Assembly: GCA_965261005.1 (NCBI GenBank)
Contig: OZ253375.1
Location: 544,001-608,000, forward strand
DNA from: Deinococcus sp.
Lineage (GTDB): Bacteria > Deinococcota > Deinococci > Deinococcales > Deinococcaceae
Direction of reading: 5' to 3'
DNA: 64,000 nucleotides
In this document: positions 47,113 through 57,358 of the stretch, one piece after another
Layout of the letters: every line of letters starts with the position of its first letter
Numbering within the stretch: position 1 is the first letter of the stretch
Program-made: the position numbers and the translations under genes
The notes under the pieces: model-generated
What the model saw: the letters and a program-made list of their open reading frames with translations, nothing else
Told to the model about the DNA's origin: nothing
Database searches by the model: none

Positions 47113-48297
47113 CTACTCGGCCCTGGGCAGCACCCAGCGCAACGCCAGGTAGCCGGCCAGCGCCGCCGCCAGCGAGGCGGCCAGCACGCTCAGCTCGGCC
47201 TGAAGCAGCAGCCCGGCGTCCGCGTAGGCGAGACCCGCCACGAACAGCGACATGGTAAAGCCGATGCCCGCCAGCAAACCGGCCGCGCCGATGGCCGCCC
47301 AGGAAACCCCCTGCGGCAAGGCGGCCAGCTTGAGTCGCACCGCCAGCCAACTGAGCAGCACGACGCCCAGCGGCTTGCCCAGCGCCAGGCCCAGGAAGAT
47401 GCCCAGCGCCACCGGCGTAACGGCCGCGCCCCCACCCACCGAGACGCCCGCGTACAGCAGCGCGAACAGGGGGATGACCAAGTAGGCGACGTAGGGCGAC
47501 AGGCCATGTTCCAAGCGGTGCAGCGGGCCGGCATGATCCTCGGCTTGGCGCTTCGTCCCCAGCGGCACCGTCAGGGCGATCAGCACGCCCGCCACCGAGG
47601 GGCTGACGCCCGAGTCGAGCATCAGGAGCCACACGCCGAGGCCCAGCAGCCCGAACACGAACAGGTTGGCGCCGCCGAGGCGGCCGTACAGCCACGCCAG
47701 CGCCAACACGCCGGCCGCCGCCAGCAGCAGCCAAACGTTCAGCTGGCCGGCGTAGAACACCGCGATCACCAGCACCGCGCCGAGGTCGTCCACAATGGCG
47801 AGGGCGGTCAAAAACACCTTGAGGCCGAGCGGTACCCGCTTGCCCAGCAGCGACAGCACCCCCAGGGCAAAGGCGATGTCGGTCGCCATCGGCACGCCCC
47901 AACCGCCGGCCCCCGGCCCACCCGCGTTGACGGCCAGGTACACCAGGGCCGGAAAGAGCATCCCGCCCAACGCCGCCATCATGGGCAGCGCGGCGCGCTC
48001 GCGGCTGGCCAACTCGCCCTGGACCAATTCGCGCTTGATCTCCAAGCCCACCAAGCAGAAGAAGAACGCCATCAAGCCGTTCTTGACCCACTTCGCGAGG
48101 GTCATCTCCAAGTTGAAGTCGCCTAGGCGCAGCTCCAACGGGGCGTCCTGAAGCGCCGTGTAGCTGGGCGCGAGCGGCGAGTTGGCCCATACAAAGGCGA
48201 GCAGGGCGACGGCGAACAGCACGATGGCGCCGGCGGACTCCTGCTGAAAGAACTGTTGAAACAAGTCGAGCGGGGCGGGCGCGGCGGAACGGGCCAT
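47113..48297 (-). CDS. nhaA: Na+/H+ antiporter NhaA
   Basis: GLEIKRE, ATDIAF, AIVDD, GKPLG and GIGFTMS motifs. Confidence 0.93.
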   Translation of the reverse strand: MARSAAPAPLDLFQQFFQQESAGAIVLFAVALLAFVWANSPLAPSYTALQDAPLELRLGDFNLEMTLAKWVKNGLMAFFFCLVGLEIKRELVQGELASRERAALPMMAALGGMLFPALVYLAVNAGGPGAGGWGVPMATDIAFALGVLSLLGKRVPLGLKVFLTALAIVDDLGAVLVIAVFYAGQLNVWLLLAAAGVLALAWLYGRLGGANLFVFGLLGLGVWLLMLDSGVSPSVAGVLIALTVPLGTKRQAEDHAGPLHRLEHGLSPYVAYLVIPLFALLYAGVSVGGGAAVTPVALGIFLGLALGKPLGVVLLSWLAVRLKLAALPQGVSWAAIGAAGLLAGIGFTMSLFVAGLAYADAGLLLQAELSVLAASLAAALAGYLALRWVLPRAE

Positions 48298-48449
48298 GAA
48301 ACCTCCAGAGAAGCGTGAAGCCGGGAGCGTGCCGGCTCAGCATAGCGGGCGGGACGTCTTATGCTGGGGCGGTGAAGCCGCACGGCCGCGAATGGTCTTC
48401 CCTTCGCCGAGGAGCGCTCCCTCTGGCTGGTCCGCACAGGAATGACCAG

Positions 48450-48482
48450 TTGACAAATCAGTTTACTTTTTAAAGTAGACTG
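48450..48482 (+). promoter_or_regulatory. Promoter with palindromic operator upstream of the MFS gene
   Basis: TTGACA followed by CAGTTTACTTT-TT-AAAGTAGACTG dyad overlapping TAGACT-5-ATG. Confidence 0.7.
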
Positions 48483-48486
48483 GGGT

Positions 48487-49695
48487 ATGTCCCAAGCCTC
48501 TCCCGTCCTTCAGCCCGACCCGAACGCCGCGTCAAAACGCGCGCCGAGCGGATGGACCCGCCTGACCCTGCTGCTGCTCGCCGCCCTCACCATCATGGCC
48601 GGGGCGACCATCGCGCCGGCCTTGCCCGCGATGGGGGCGTACTTCGCGGACCAGCCTCACGCCGCGCTGCTGGTCAAGCTGGCGCTGACGGTGGTGGGGC
48701 TGGTAATCGCGCTGAGCGCGCCCCTGAGCGGCATACTGGCCGACCGCTTTGGGCGGCGGCCGGTGCTGCTGGTGTCGCTGGTGCTGTACGCGCTGGGCGG
48801 CGCCAGCGGCCTGATCGCGGGTTCCTTGGGTGAGGTGCTGGCCGGGCGCGTGGTGCTGGGGCTGGCGGTGGCCGGCACCATGACCGGGGTGGGGGCGCTG
48901 GTCACCGACCTCTTCAGCGGCCAAGCGCGCGGGCGCTTTTTGAGCCAGCAGGCCGCCTTTACCAACTTCGGCGGGGCGCTGCTGTTGCCGCTGGGCGGCC
49001 TGCTGGCCGGTTTCAGTTGGCGTGGACCGTTTTGGCTGTACCTGATCGCGCTGCTCCTGCTGCCCTTGGTGCTGCGCCTGCCGGGCGGCGCGGCGCGGCC
49101 AAGCGAGGTGAGTGGGCCAAACGAACGGCCGCGCTGGGCAACCATTGGGCTGGTGTACGCGCTGGCCCTGGCCTACATGGTGGTCTTTTACCTGATGCCG
49201 GCGCAGGGACCCTTTCTGCTTCAGCGCTTGGGCGCCGCGCCGAGCGTGACCGGCCTGTTGCTGGGCGCCTTTACGCTGGTCGCGGCGCTGACCTCGCTGG
49301 GCTACTCGCGCTTCGTGGGCCGCTTCGACGCCCGGCGGGTGGCCGGGCTGGGCATGCTGCTGCTCGCCGGCGGCTGGGGACTGGTGTCGCTGGCCCAAAG
49401 CTTGCCGGCCGTGCTGGCGGGCTTGGTGGTGGCCGGTCTCGGCGGCTTGGTTCTGCCCAACTTGTACACCTGGCTGGCCGACCTGACCCCGGCGGCGTGG
49501 CGCGGGCGCATCGTGTCGGGCATGAGCAGCGCCATATTTCTGGGCCAGTTTTTGAGTCCGCTGCTGCTGGCCGCGCCGGCGGACCACCCCGCGCAGGGCT
49601 TCGCGTGGGGCGCGCTTGCCATCGCCCTGATCGGCGCCGGGCTGTTGGCGTTCAGCTGGCGCGGCGGCGCGTGGGTCGCCCGTGGGGCGACCTGA
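48487..49695 (+). CDS. MFS transporter
   Basis: GILADRFGRR motif A; about 12 TM. Confidence 0.9.
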   Translation: MSQASPVLQPDPNAASKRAPSGWTRLTLLLLAALTIMAGATIAPALPAMGAYFADQPHAALLVKLALTVVGLVIALSAPLSGILADRFGRRPVLLVSLVLYALGGASGLIAGSLGEVLAGRVVLGLAVAGTMTGVGALVTDLFSGQARGRFLSQQAAFTNFGGALLLPLGGLLAGFSWRGPFWLYLIALLLLPLVLRLPGGAARPSEVSGPNERPRWATIGLVYALALAYMVVFYLMPAQGPFLLQRLGAAPSVTGLLLGAFTLVAALTSLGYSRFVGRFDARRVAGLGMLLLAGGWGLVSLAQSLPAVLAGLVVAGLGGLVLPNLYTWLADLTPAAWRGRIVSGMSSAIFLGQFLSPLLLAAPADHPAQGFAWGALAIALIGAGLLAFSWRGGAWVARGAT

Positions 49696-49740
49696 CCGCC
49701 CCGCTCGATCTGGGCGCGAGGCGCGGTCTTATAGTGGGGC

Positions 49741-50205
49741 ATGACCGAAGCCAGTGAGCGCCGAATTCGTGTGCTGATCGCCAAGCCCGGCATGGACGGG
49801 CACGACCGGGGCGCCAAGGTGATCGCCCGCGCCCTGCGCGACGCGGGCATGGAGGTGATCTACACCGGGCTGCGCCAAAGCGCCGAGATGATCGTGGCGG
49901 CGGCCGTGCAGGAGGACGTGGACGCCATCGGCCTGAGCGTGCTGTCAGGGGCGCACATGCCCTACTTCCGCGACGTGAGGGCGCTGCTGGAGGCGCAGGG
50001 GGCCGGCGACATCATCCTCTTCGGCGGAGGCATCATCCCCGACCAGGACCTGCCGAGGCTCGCGGAACTCGGCGTGGGCAAGCTGTTCACGCCGGGGGCC
50101 AGCACCGAGGAGCCTGTTGTCTGGCTGCGCGAGGTCGTGCCGCAGCGCTGGGCAGATCAAAGCTGGACCGATCAGGATTGGGCCGGGCAGGAGGACAAAC
50201 TCTAG
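49741..50205 (+). CDS. Cobalamin-binding subunit of acyl-CoA (methylmalonyl-CoA) mutase
   Basis: [16 protein letters not shown] and GGIIP motifs. Confidence 0.92.
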   Translation: MTEASERRIRVLIAKPGMDGHDRGAKVIARALRDAGMEVIYTGLRQSAEMIVAAAVQEDVDAIGLSVLSGAHMPYFRDVRALLEAQGAGDIILFGGGIIPDQDLPRLAELGVGKLFTPGASTEEPVVWLREVVPQRWADQSWTDQDWAGQEDKL

Positions 50206-51386
50206 TGGCGCTCACCGCCGCGCGCAAGGCCCTCTTCGATCCGCGCGTGGCGCTGCTGTTCGTGGCGCAGGCCGTGGCGGTCGGCGCCACCACCTCCAGC
50301 CAGGTGCTGGGCAGCATTATCGCCGCGCAAATGGGTCGCGAGGCTTGGGCCGGTCTGCCTTCGAGCGCGAACACCTTCGCGGCGGCCCTGGCCGCCTACC
50401 CCTTCGGCGCGCTGATGGCCCGGGCTGGCTGGAGGTTCGGCTTGGTGGGCGCCTACAGCCTCGGGGCGCTGGGCGCGCTGGTGGGCTTTTTCGGGGCGCG
50501 GGCGGACAGCTTCGCCCTTTTTTTGCTGGGCTGCGCCCTGCTCGGGGCGGCCTCAGGGGGCTTTCAGCAGGGGCGCTACGCGGCGGCGGCCAGCGTGCGC
50601 CCGGAGCGCCGCGCCGCCGCCCTGAGCCTGCTGCTGTTCATGAGCGTGCTGGGCAGCGCCCTGTCCGCGCTGCTGGCGCCGGCGCTCGACCGGGCCGCGC
50701 CTGTCCTGGGCGTCAGCAGCGAGGGCGCGGGCTGGCTGCTGGCGGTGGGCCTCTTGCTGCTGGCCGCGCTCTTGACCACCGGTTGGCGGGCGCCGCCATT
50801 GCCGGCGGCCGTTCGCGCAGTCCCGGGAAACGCGGCAGAGGCGTGGCGAGACCCGCGCGTGCAGGTCGCCGCCCTCTCGCTGATGGTGGCGCAGGGCGTG
50901 ATGGTCACGCTGATGGTCCTGACGCCACTGCGCGCCCACCACCTGGGCATGTCGCACACGGGCGTCGCCGGCCTCTTGTCGCTGCACTTCGCCGGCATGT
51001 TCGGCTTCGCCTGGCTGATCGGCCCCTTGGTGGACCGCTTCTCGCCAAGGGTCGGCCTGCTCACCGGCTCGCTGCTGTTCGTGGTCGCCGCCGCGCTGCT
51101 GCCGCTTGCGGGCGGCGCCACGCTGGGCGCCTCAATCTTTGCGCTGGGCCTGGGTTGGAACGCCTGCTACGTGTCAGGGTCGGCGCTGCTGGCCGCGCGG
51201 CGCGAGGTGCAGGGCGGCGTGGACGCCCTGATGTACCTGAGCGCCGGCCTGGGCGCCCTCGGCGGCAGCCTGATCGTGGCGAACTATGGCTTCGGGCTGC
51301 TCGCGCTGCTGGGCGGCTTGATCGGGCTGCTGCCGGCGCTGGCGTCGCTGCGGTTGCCGGGGAAGGTGGCGGTGGCGGCGGACTGA
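50205..51386 (+). CDS. MFS transporter
   Basis: RYAAA, HFAGMFG and GLGWN motifs; about 12 TM; GTG start inferred. Confidence 0.85.
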   Translation: MALTAARKALFDPRVALLFVAQAVAVGATTSSQVLGSIIAAQMGREAWAGLPSSANTFAAALAAYPFGALMARAGWRFGLVGAYSLGALGALVGFFGARADSFALFLLGCALLGAASGGFQQGRYAAAASVRPERRAAALSLLLFMSVLGSALSALLAPALDRAAPVLGVSSEGAGWLLAVGLLLLAALLTTGWRAPPLPAAVRAVPGNAAEAWRDPRVQVAALSLMVAQGVMVTLMVLTPLRAHHLGMSHTGVAGLLSLHFAGMFGFAWLIGPLVDRFSPRVGLLTGSLLFVVAAALLPLAGGATLGASIFALGLGWNACYVSGSALLAARREVQGGVDALMYLSAGLGALGGSLIVANYGFGLLALLGGLIGLLPALASLRLPGKVAVAAD

Positions 51387-51387
51387 A

Positions 51388-52050
51388 CTATGGCCCCGGC
51401 AGCCAAGACCACGTCGGCAAGTCCCCGTCGGTCAGCAGCTCGATCATGTGCGACTCCGAGGCGATGAATAGGTGACGGTAGAGCGGCTGCCGGTAGTAGG
51501 CTTCGTACCGTTTGCGGGCTTCTTCGTGGGCTTGGACTTGCAATTCGGCCAGTTCCTCGGATGTGGGCGCGGCCTCGTCTTTGCCCCAGCTCGCAATCGT
51601 GACGGGTATGGGTTCCCCGTAGGGTGGAAAGACGGCCGTGGCCGGATTATCCGTCAACATCTCCTCAACCCAGGCGTCTGGCTCGCCCCTGACCTCATAG
51701 AAGGTGTGCTGCTTGGTCTCCAGGCCCGCCCAGTTGCGCTCCCCGTAAGGCTGGGAATAGAACTCCTCGTAGGTTTCCAGCGCGAAGACCCTTCCCTCCC
51801 AGGTCAGGCGCAAGGTGCCGGGCAAGCCGTTCGGGTCGGGAATGAGGCTGCCGTCCGGCGCGTGGAAAACGCTCGTTCGCCCGTCCGGGCTGTATTGCAT
51901 GTCCCGCAGCTCGATCAAAAGGGACGGGCTGCTTGCCAAGTTCAGCTCCAGGCGCGTGACCATCGGGCGCAGAAAACGGTTGGCGGCAAGCAGGCCCTCG
52001 TCGGGCCAATCGAGAAAGGTGTACTGGGCGAAGCGGTCCAGGCGGCGCAC
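51388..52050 (-). CDS. Hypothetical protein
   Basis: Leaderless TAAAGT-6-GTG; non-shadow amino-acid composition. Confidence 0.65.
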   Translation of the reverse strand: MRRLDRFAQYTFLDWPDEGLLAANRFLRPMVTRLELNLASSPSLLIELRDMQYSPDGRTSVFHAPDGSLIPDPNGLPGTLRLTWEGRVFALETYEEFYSQPYGERNWAGLETKQHTFYEVRGEPDAWVEEMLTDNPATAVFPPYGEPIPVTIASWGKDEAAPTSEELAELQVQAHEEARKRYEAYYRQPLYRHLFIASESHMIELLTDGDLPTWSWLPGP

Positions 52051-52119
52051 GTCAACACTTTAGTCAAAACTGGGTGCGTCTGGCGCCGTTTCTGCTGTAG
52101 AAGTCGAGCTTCCGGGTGG

Positions 52120-52160
52120 CCCCCACCCCCCAACCCCCTACCCCCAAAGGGGGTAGGGGG
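52120..52160. repeat. boxC-like intrastrand-triplex repeat
   Basis: CCCCCACCCCCC-AA-CCCCCTACCCCC-AAA-GGGGGTAGGGGG; same layout as 12040-12077. Confidence 0.7.
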
Positions 52161-52351
52161 CTTTCCGCTGCGCTCGGCACGTTGTGCGGCTGGAGCGTTG
52201 GGCTGCTGTGAATCGCTGGATTCGTTATCGGGTCACTGCCGTCCAGGCGAAAACCTCTTGGTGCAAAGGCGGTGAGCCGAAAAGGTACAAGCGGGGCAAA
52301 TGTATTTATCTTTTCACTCCTCCCAGCCAACTCGCCCACCCCAACCGAACC

Positions 52352-52735
52352 TCAGCGCATCTGATCCCGAATCTCCTGCAAGGTCTCCAGAAAAGCGTCC
52401 TCAAAGGCTTCCTCCAGCTCGCGGTCGCGCACCAGGTTTTCCTGTTCGCTGGCGGCCTGCGCCCGGGTCCAGCGCACGCGGGCGCCGCGCGCGCCGCTGA
52501 CGTTGCCCTTGCCGGCCACGTAGCGGGCGGCGGCCTCGACCGCCTCGCGCGGGTTTCCGGTTGGGACGGTGACGGACAGGTTGCGAATGTCGCCGCCGCG
52601 CTCGTTCACCAAGCTGGCCGTAACCTCGATGCGCCCGCCGACGTGGCCGAGAAAGACTTGGTCTACCTTCCACATGGCGCTGGCACGCAGCGGCTCGGGC
52701 CGGGCGCTGCCCCTTCGGCGCGCGGAGCGGGCCAT
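52352..52735 (-). CDS. Conserved hypothetical protein
   Basis: Follows ptb on the same strand; plausible codon usage. Confidence 0.65.
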   Translation of the reverse strand: MARSARRRGSARPEPLRASAMWKVDQVFLGHVGGRIEVTASLVNERGGDIRNLSVTVPTGNPREAVEAAARYVAGKGNVSGARGARVRWTRAQAASEQENLVRDRELEEAFEDAFLETLQEIRDQMR

Positions 52736-52763
52736 TACAGCCTTCCCATCACAAGAGCGCCCA

Positions 52764-53732
52764 TCACAGCAGCGGCAGCCGCTCGGCCAGCACGCAGGCG
52801 AGCGCCAGGGAGTTGAACTTGGTCTCCTCCGAGTCGGCGCGCGAGGTCAGCACGATGGGGGCGCGGGCGCCCAAGACCACGCCCGCCACCCGCGCCCGCG
52901 CGAAGTACACCAAGGTTTTGTAGAAGACGTTGCCCACGTCGAGGTCGTCCACGATCAGCACGTCGGCTTGGCCCGCCACCGGGCTGACGATCTTCTTGGT
53001 GCGCGCGGCCTCCTCGCTGACGGCGTTATCTAAGGCGAGGGGACCGTCAATCAGGGCGCCCTTGATCTGGCCGCGGTCGCCCATTTTGGAGATGATGGCG
53101 TCGTCCACGGCGGTGCTCATGTCGGGGTTGACCACCTCCACGGCGGCCAGCATGGCGACCTTCGGCTGCGGCAGGCCGAGGGCATGCGCGACCGTCACGG
53201 CGTTCTCGACGATGCCGATTTTTGCCCTCAGATCGGGTTCGATGTTCATGGCGCCGTCGGACATCAGGAACAGCCGGCCGAAGTCGGTGCCGGGCACGTC
53301 GTAGGCCAGCACGTGTGACAACAGCTTGCCGGTTCTGAGGCCCCACTCCTTGTTCAGCACGGCGCGCAGCAGAATGGCGGTGTCGAGCATGCCCTTCATC
53401 AGCACGTCGGCCTCACCGGAGCTAACGGCCCTCACCGCCCCCTCGGCGGCGCCGTCAAGGCCGATTGCCGGGCGCACCTCCGCCTTGGAGAGGTCGAAGC
53501 CGACCTCGCGCGCCGCCGCCTCGATCCCGGCGGGGTCCCCGACCAGGATGGGCCGGATCAAGCCCTCCAGACGGGCTTCGTGCACGGCGGCCAGCACGTG
53601 CGCGTCGGCCGCCGCCGCCACCGCCACGCGCTTGGGGCCGCGCACCGCCGCGATCAGGCGCGCGAGGTCGAGCATGGCGGGCATCGAGCGCACCTGCTCG
53701 ATGCTGCGAAATTCGATGGTGGTATTGGTCAC
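52764..53732 (-). CDS. ptb: Phosphate butyryltransferase
   Basis: LMKG, DGAMNIEP and DGPLALDNA motifs; GTGA coupling to buk. Confidence 0.88.
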   Translation of the reverse strand: MTNTTIEFRSIEQVRSMPAMLDLARLIAAVRGPKRVAVAAAADAHVLAAVHEARLEGLIRPILVGDPAGIEAAAREVGFDLSKAEVRPAIGLDGAAEGAVRAVSSGEADVLMKGMLDTAILLRAVLNKEWGLRTGKLLSHVLAYDVPGTDFGRLFLMSDGAMNIEPDLRAKIGIVENAVTVAHALGLPQPKVAMLAAVEVVNPDMSTAVDDAIISKMGDRGQIKGALIDGPLALDNAVSEEAARTKKIVSPVAGQADVLIVDDLDVGNVFYKTLVYFARARVAGVVLGARAPIVLTSRADSEETKFNSLALACVLAERLPLL

Positions 53733-54808
53733 GGCTTCTCCTCCCCGTCCCACTTCAGCGGCGCCTCCACGCCCAGCAGCACCCGGCCGGCCCCCTCGGC
53801 GAGGGCTTCGAGTTCGAGTTCGCCCGGAACCACGATCAGCGGGGCAATCCAGCCGACCTTGTCCTCGATGCGGCGCACCAGGTCGTCCCAGCGGGCGATG
53901 CCGCCGGTGATGGCCACCGCGTCGGGTCGCCCGCCCACCGTGCTGTAGGCGCCGACGGCCTTGGACACCTGATGCACGAAGGCGTCCACGATCACGCGCA
54001 CCTCCGGCTCGGTCTTTTCACGGCGCTCCAGCTCGCGCAGATCGTCGGTGCCGGTCAGGCCTTTGAAGCCGCCCTCCTGCTGAAGGCGCCGTTCCAGCTC
54101 AGCGCGTGGCGCGCCATAGGCGAGGTCGAGCACCCCGCGCAGCGGCAAGGTGCCCGCGCGCTGGGCCGAAAACGGCCCCTCGTCCAGCAGGGCGCTGGTG
54201 GTGTCTATGGCGCGTCCCCCGTCGAAGGTGGTCACGCTGACCCCGCCGCCGAGGTGGGCCACCACCACCCGCGCGTCCGCGACGCGCTTACCCACCTCGT
54301 AGGCCGCGCGCCGGGCGACCGCGCGGGCGTTGAGGGCGTGAAAGCGGCTGACGCGCGTGACGCCGGGAAAGCCCGACACCCGCGCCTCGGGCAGCAGCTC
54401 GTCCACGGTGGGCGGGTCCACGATGTAGGCGGGCACCGCATGCTGCTGGGCCAGTTCCAGCGCGAGGGCGGCGCCCAAGTTGCCGGCGTGCTCACCGTAG
54501 GGAGACGCGAGGGCGAAGCGCGCGAGGGCCGGCGTGACGGCGTAGGTGCCGGCGCCCACCGGGCCGATCAAACCGCCCCGGCCCACCACCGCGTCGGGGG
54601 CGGGCCAACCCTGGGTTTCCTGCGCGATCAGGGCGCGCAGTTCTGCCAAGCGCGCCTCCGGGCTGGCGCTCACGCTCTTGTGGGAGATTTCGCGGCGCTC
54701 CAACTCGACGCGCAGGCGGCCGGGCATGTCGGGATGTTCGCTGCCCTCGATGCGCGCGAGGGCCAGCTTGGTGCTGGTCGAGCCGGGATTGATCACGTAC
54801 GCGATCAT
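53729..54808 (-). CDS. buk: Butyrate kinase
   Basis: INPGSTSTK, GRGG, HALN, HLGGG.SV and PGE.E..AL motifs. Confidence 0.9.
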   Translation of the reverse strand: MIAYVINPGSTSTKLALARIEGSEHPDMPGRLRVELERREISHKSVSASPEARLAELRALIAQETQGWPAPDAVVGRGGLIGPVGAGTYAVTPALARFALASPYGEHAGNLGAALALELAQQHAVPAYIVDPPTVDELLPEARVSGFPGVTRVSRFHALNARAVARRAAYEVGKRVADARVVVAHLGGGVSVTTFDGGRAIDTTSALLDEGPFSAQRAGTLPLRGVLDLAYGAPRAELERRLQQEGGFKGLTGTDDLRELERREKTEPEVRVIVDAFVHQVSKAVGAYSTVGGRPDAVAITGGIARWDDLVRRIEDKVGWIAPLIVVPGELELEALAEGAGRVLLGVEAPLKWDGEEKP

Positions 54809-54908
54809 GCTGGGAGCCTAGCACGCCCCCCCGGCGCCCCTAAGAAGCATGAAGCGCCTCTCACGGTGGGAGCGGCCCGCTTTCATGCGGGCGCGCTGCA
54901 ATAGGAGC

Positions 54909-56249
54909 ATGAACAGAGCACTCGGCATCACCGTCTTGCTGGTCGCGCTGGGCGCTGGCGCTTACTTCGTCAGCCGGAACGCCGACCGGATGGACAGCCA
55001 GACGCCGGGCGTGCTGGCCGATCAGGCCCAAGCGAGTCAATTGGCAACCCCGAGCGCAACGGGCGCAGCTCAGGGCGCGACAGCGCAGCAGCCCACCGTC
55101 CAACAGCCCACCGTCCAGCGGCCCATCCAGCCGCTGAACGAACAGAACGCCAAGCTGGCTTACGAAGAGAACACCATCAATATCGTGAAGCGCTACGAGC
55201 CGGGTCTCGCGTACATCGAGACCGAGGTGCGCGCCCAAGCGGACCCGTTCAATTCCTTTGGCGGAAGCAGCCCTTTTGGCGGCGGCGGGCAACAGGTGCA
55301 GCAAGGCATCGGCTCGGGCTTTTTCGTCAATCAAGCGGGCGACATTCTGACCAACTACCACGTGGTGCGCGGCGCCAACAATATTCAAGTCACGTTGATC
55401 AACAGCGACAAAAGCTATCCGGCCAGCGTGGTCGGCACCGCGCCCGCTTATGACCTCGCGCTGATCCGGCCGCGCGGCGTGCCGGCGAACTTGATCCGGC
55501 CGATTCCCCTGGGCAACAGCGACGCCCTGGAAGTCGGACAAAAGGCCGTGGCGATGGGCGCCCCCTTCGGCCTCGGCTTCAGCGTGACCGAGGGGATCGT
55601 GTCGGCCAACGACCGCTTGATTCCGGTGGGCTTCGGCACCCAGGACCAAGAGCAGCAAGGCATTCCGCAGCGCACCGTTCAAACCGACGCGGCCATCAAC
55701 CCTGGCAACTCGGGCGGGCCGCTGCTCGACTCCACCGGGCGGGTCGTCGGCATCAATACCCAGATTCTCTCGCCGGCCGTGCAGGGCGGCGACACCGGCC
55801 AAAGCGCCGGCGTGGGCTTCGCCATTCCCATCAACACCGCCAAGGGGCTGCTGCCACGCCTACAAGCGGCGAAGGGCGGCGAGGTCTCGCCACCCTTGAT
55901 CGGCATTTCGGCCGTCAGCGGCGCCGGCCTGAGCCAGTTTCCAACCCAGTTGCGCCAGCAGTACGGGCTGCCCGACAGCGGTCTTTTGGTTCAGCAGGTG
56001 CAGCCCGGCAGCCCGGCCGCCAAGGCGGGGTTGCGCGGCGCGGCGCGGCAGGTGCAAATCGGCAACGCTCAGTTGGGCCTCGGCGGCGACGTGATCACCC
56101 GGGCGGACGGGCAAAGCGTGGACGGCATCGGCGACTTGCAATCCATCCTGATCGCCAAGAACCCCGGCGACAGCGTGCAGCTCACCGTGCGGCGCGGCGG
56201 ACAGACGTTGCAAAAGACGCTGACCTTGCAGGGCGGACAGGGCAGCTGA
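54909..56249 (+). CDS. HtrA/DegP-like S1C serine protease with PDZ domain
   Basis: GSGF, TNYHV, DLA and INPGNSGG motifs; C-terminal PDZ; AGGAG SD. Confidence 0.93.
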   Translation: MNRALGITVLLVALGAGAYFVSRNADRMDSQTPGVLADQAQASQLATPSATGAAQGATAQQPTVQQPTVQRPIQPLNEQNAKLAYEENTINIVKRYEPGLAYIETEVRAQADPFNSFGGSSPFGGGGQQVQQGIGSGFFVNQAGDILTNYHVVRGANNIQVTLINSDKSYPASVVGTAPAYDLALIRPRGVPANLIRPIPLGNSDALEVGQKAVAMGAPFGLGFSVTEGIVSANDRLIPVGFGTQDQEQQGIPQRTVQTDAAINPGNSGGPLLDSTGRVVGINTQILSPAVQGGDTGQSAGVGFAIPINTAKGLLPRLQAAKGGEVSPPLIGISAVSGAGLSQFPTQLRQQYGLPDSGLLVQQVQPGSPAAKAGLRGAARQVQIGNAQLGLGGDVITRADGQSVDGIGDLQSILIAKNPGDSVQLTVRRGGQTLQKTLTLQGGQGS

Positions 56250-56275
56250 CGGAGAGGCGGGTTCAGGGCGCCCTA

Positions 56276-57358
56276 TTGCCTGAAGACGCGGGGGTTCTGG
56301 CCGACCTCGCCGCGTTGGCACCGGGGCGTCTCGCCTTGGTCGGCGGCGCGGTGCGCGACGCCCTGCTGGGCTTGGCCCCGGACGATCTGGACGCCGTGCT
56401 GGAGGGCGGCAGCGTGGCCGACCTCGCCGCCGCCGCCAAGCTGCCCTACAGCTACCACCCCCGCTACGACAACGCCACCTTGAGCTTGCCGGGGGGACGC
56501 AGCCTCGACCTCGTGCGGGCGCGCGGCGAAACCTACCCCGTGCCGGGCGGGGCGCCGGAGGTCTTTCCCGCCGATTTGGACACCGACTTGGCGCGCCGCG
56601 ACTTCAGCGTGAACGCCCTCGCGTGGCTGCCGGGACAGGACGAGTTGCTCGATCCACACGGCGGCCTGATTGACCTGCACGCGCGGACCCTGCGCCCGCT
56701 GCACGCCGGCTCCTTTCGGGACGACCCTTCACGCTTGGCGCGGGGCGCGCGGCTCGCGGCGCGGCTGGGCTTCGACTTGCACGGGGAGGGCTTGCTTCAA
56801 GTGCCGGACGCCCTGAGATACGCGCCCGACACGCCCCGGCTGGCCTCGGAACTGGCGCTGACCTTTCGCGAAAGGGCGCCGGGCGCCGCGCTGGGAACGT
56901 TGGCGTCTTGGGGCGCGGGCGGGCTGTTCGGGGCGGACGCGGCCGAGGTCTTGTCCCGGCTGGACGCGCTGAAAGAGGCCGGGGCTGAGGTCTCCCCCAC
57001 CTTGTACGCGGCGGCCTGGCTGGGGGTTCAGCCGGATCCGGCGGCGGCGGCGCGGCGCTTCGGCCTCGGCGACCGGGCGCTCCGGTTGCTGACCCGCGCG
57101 CAGGGCGGCGCCCAATTTCCCAACAACGCGCCGGAAACGCTGTTGCGCCTCGCGCTGGACCGGGCCGGCCCCGAGGCGCGTCTGACCGGCCGGGACGTGC
57201 TGGCCTTGGGCCTGCCGCCGGGGCAAGCGGTGGGGGCCGCGCTGGCACATCTGGCCCACCTTCGCGCTGCGGGCGCGGTGCGCACTTTAGAGGACGAGCG
57301 GCGCGCCCTTGAAGGCTTTTTGGCGGCATACTGCCCGGAGCCATGTTCGGACCCCTGA
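56276..57358 (+). CDS. Class II tRNA nucleotidyltransferase (probably A-adding type)
   Basis: VGGAVRD...DLD, DLARRDFSVNA and FRDDPSR motifs; start uncertain. Confidence 0.85.
   Translation: MPEDAGVLADLAALAPGRLALVGGAVRDALLGLAPDDLDAVLEGGSVADLAAAAKLPYSYHPRYDNATLSLPGGRSLDLVRARGETYPVPGGAPEVFPADLDTDLARRDFSVNALAWLPGQDELLDPHGGLIDLHARTLRPLHAGSFRDDPSRLARGARLAARLGFDLHGEGLLQVPDALRYAPDTPRLASELALTFRERAPGAALGTLASWGAGGLFGADAAEVLSRLDALKEAGAEVSPTLYAAAWLGVQPDPAAAARRFGLGDRALRLLTRAQGGAQFPNNAPETLLRLALDRAGPEARLTGRDVLALGLPPGQAVGAALAHLAHLRAAGAVRTLEDERRALEGFLAAYCPEPCSDP

Noticed and set aside
49741..50205. Stand-alone B12-binding subunit without a mutase large subunit
   Set aside because: Split acyl-CoA mutases with unlinked subunits are common; not unusual.
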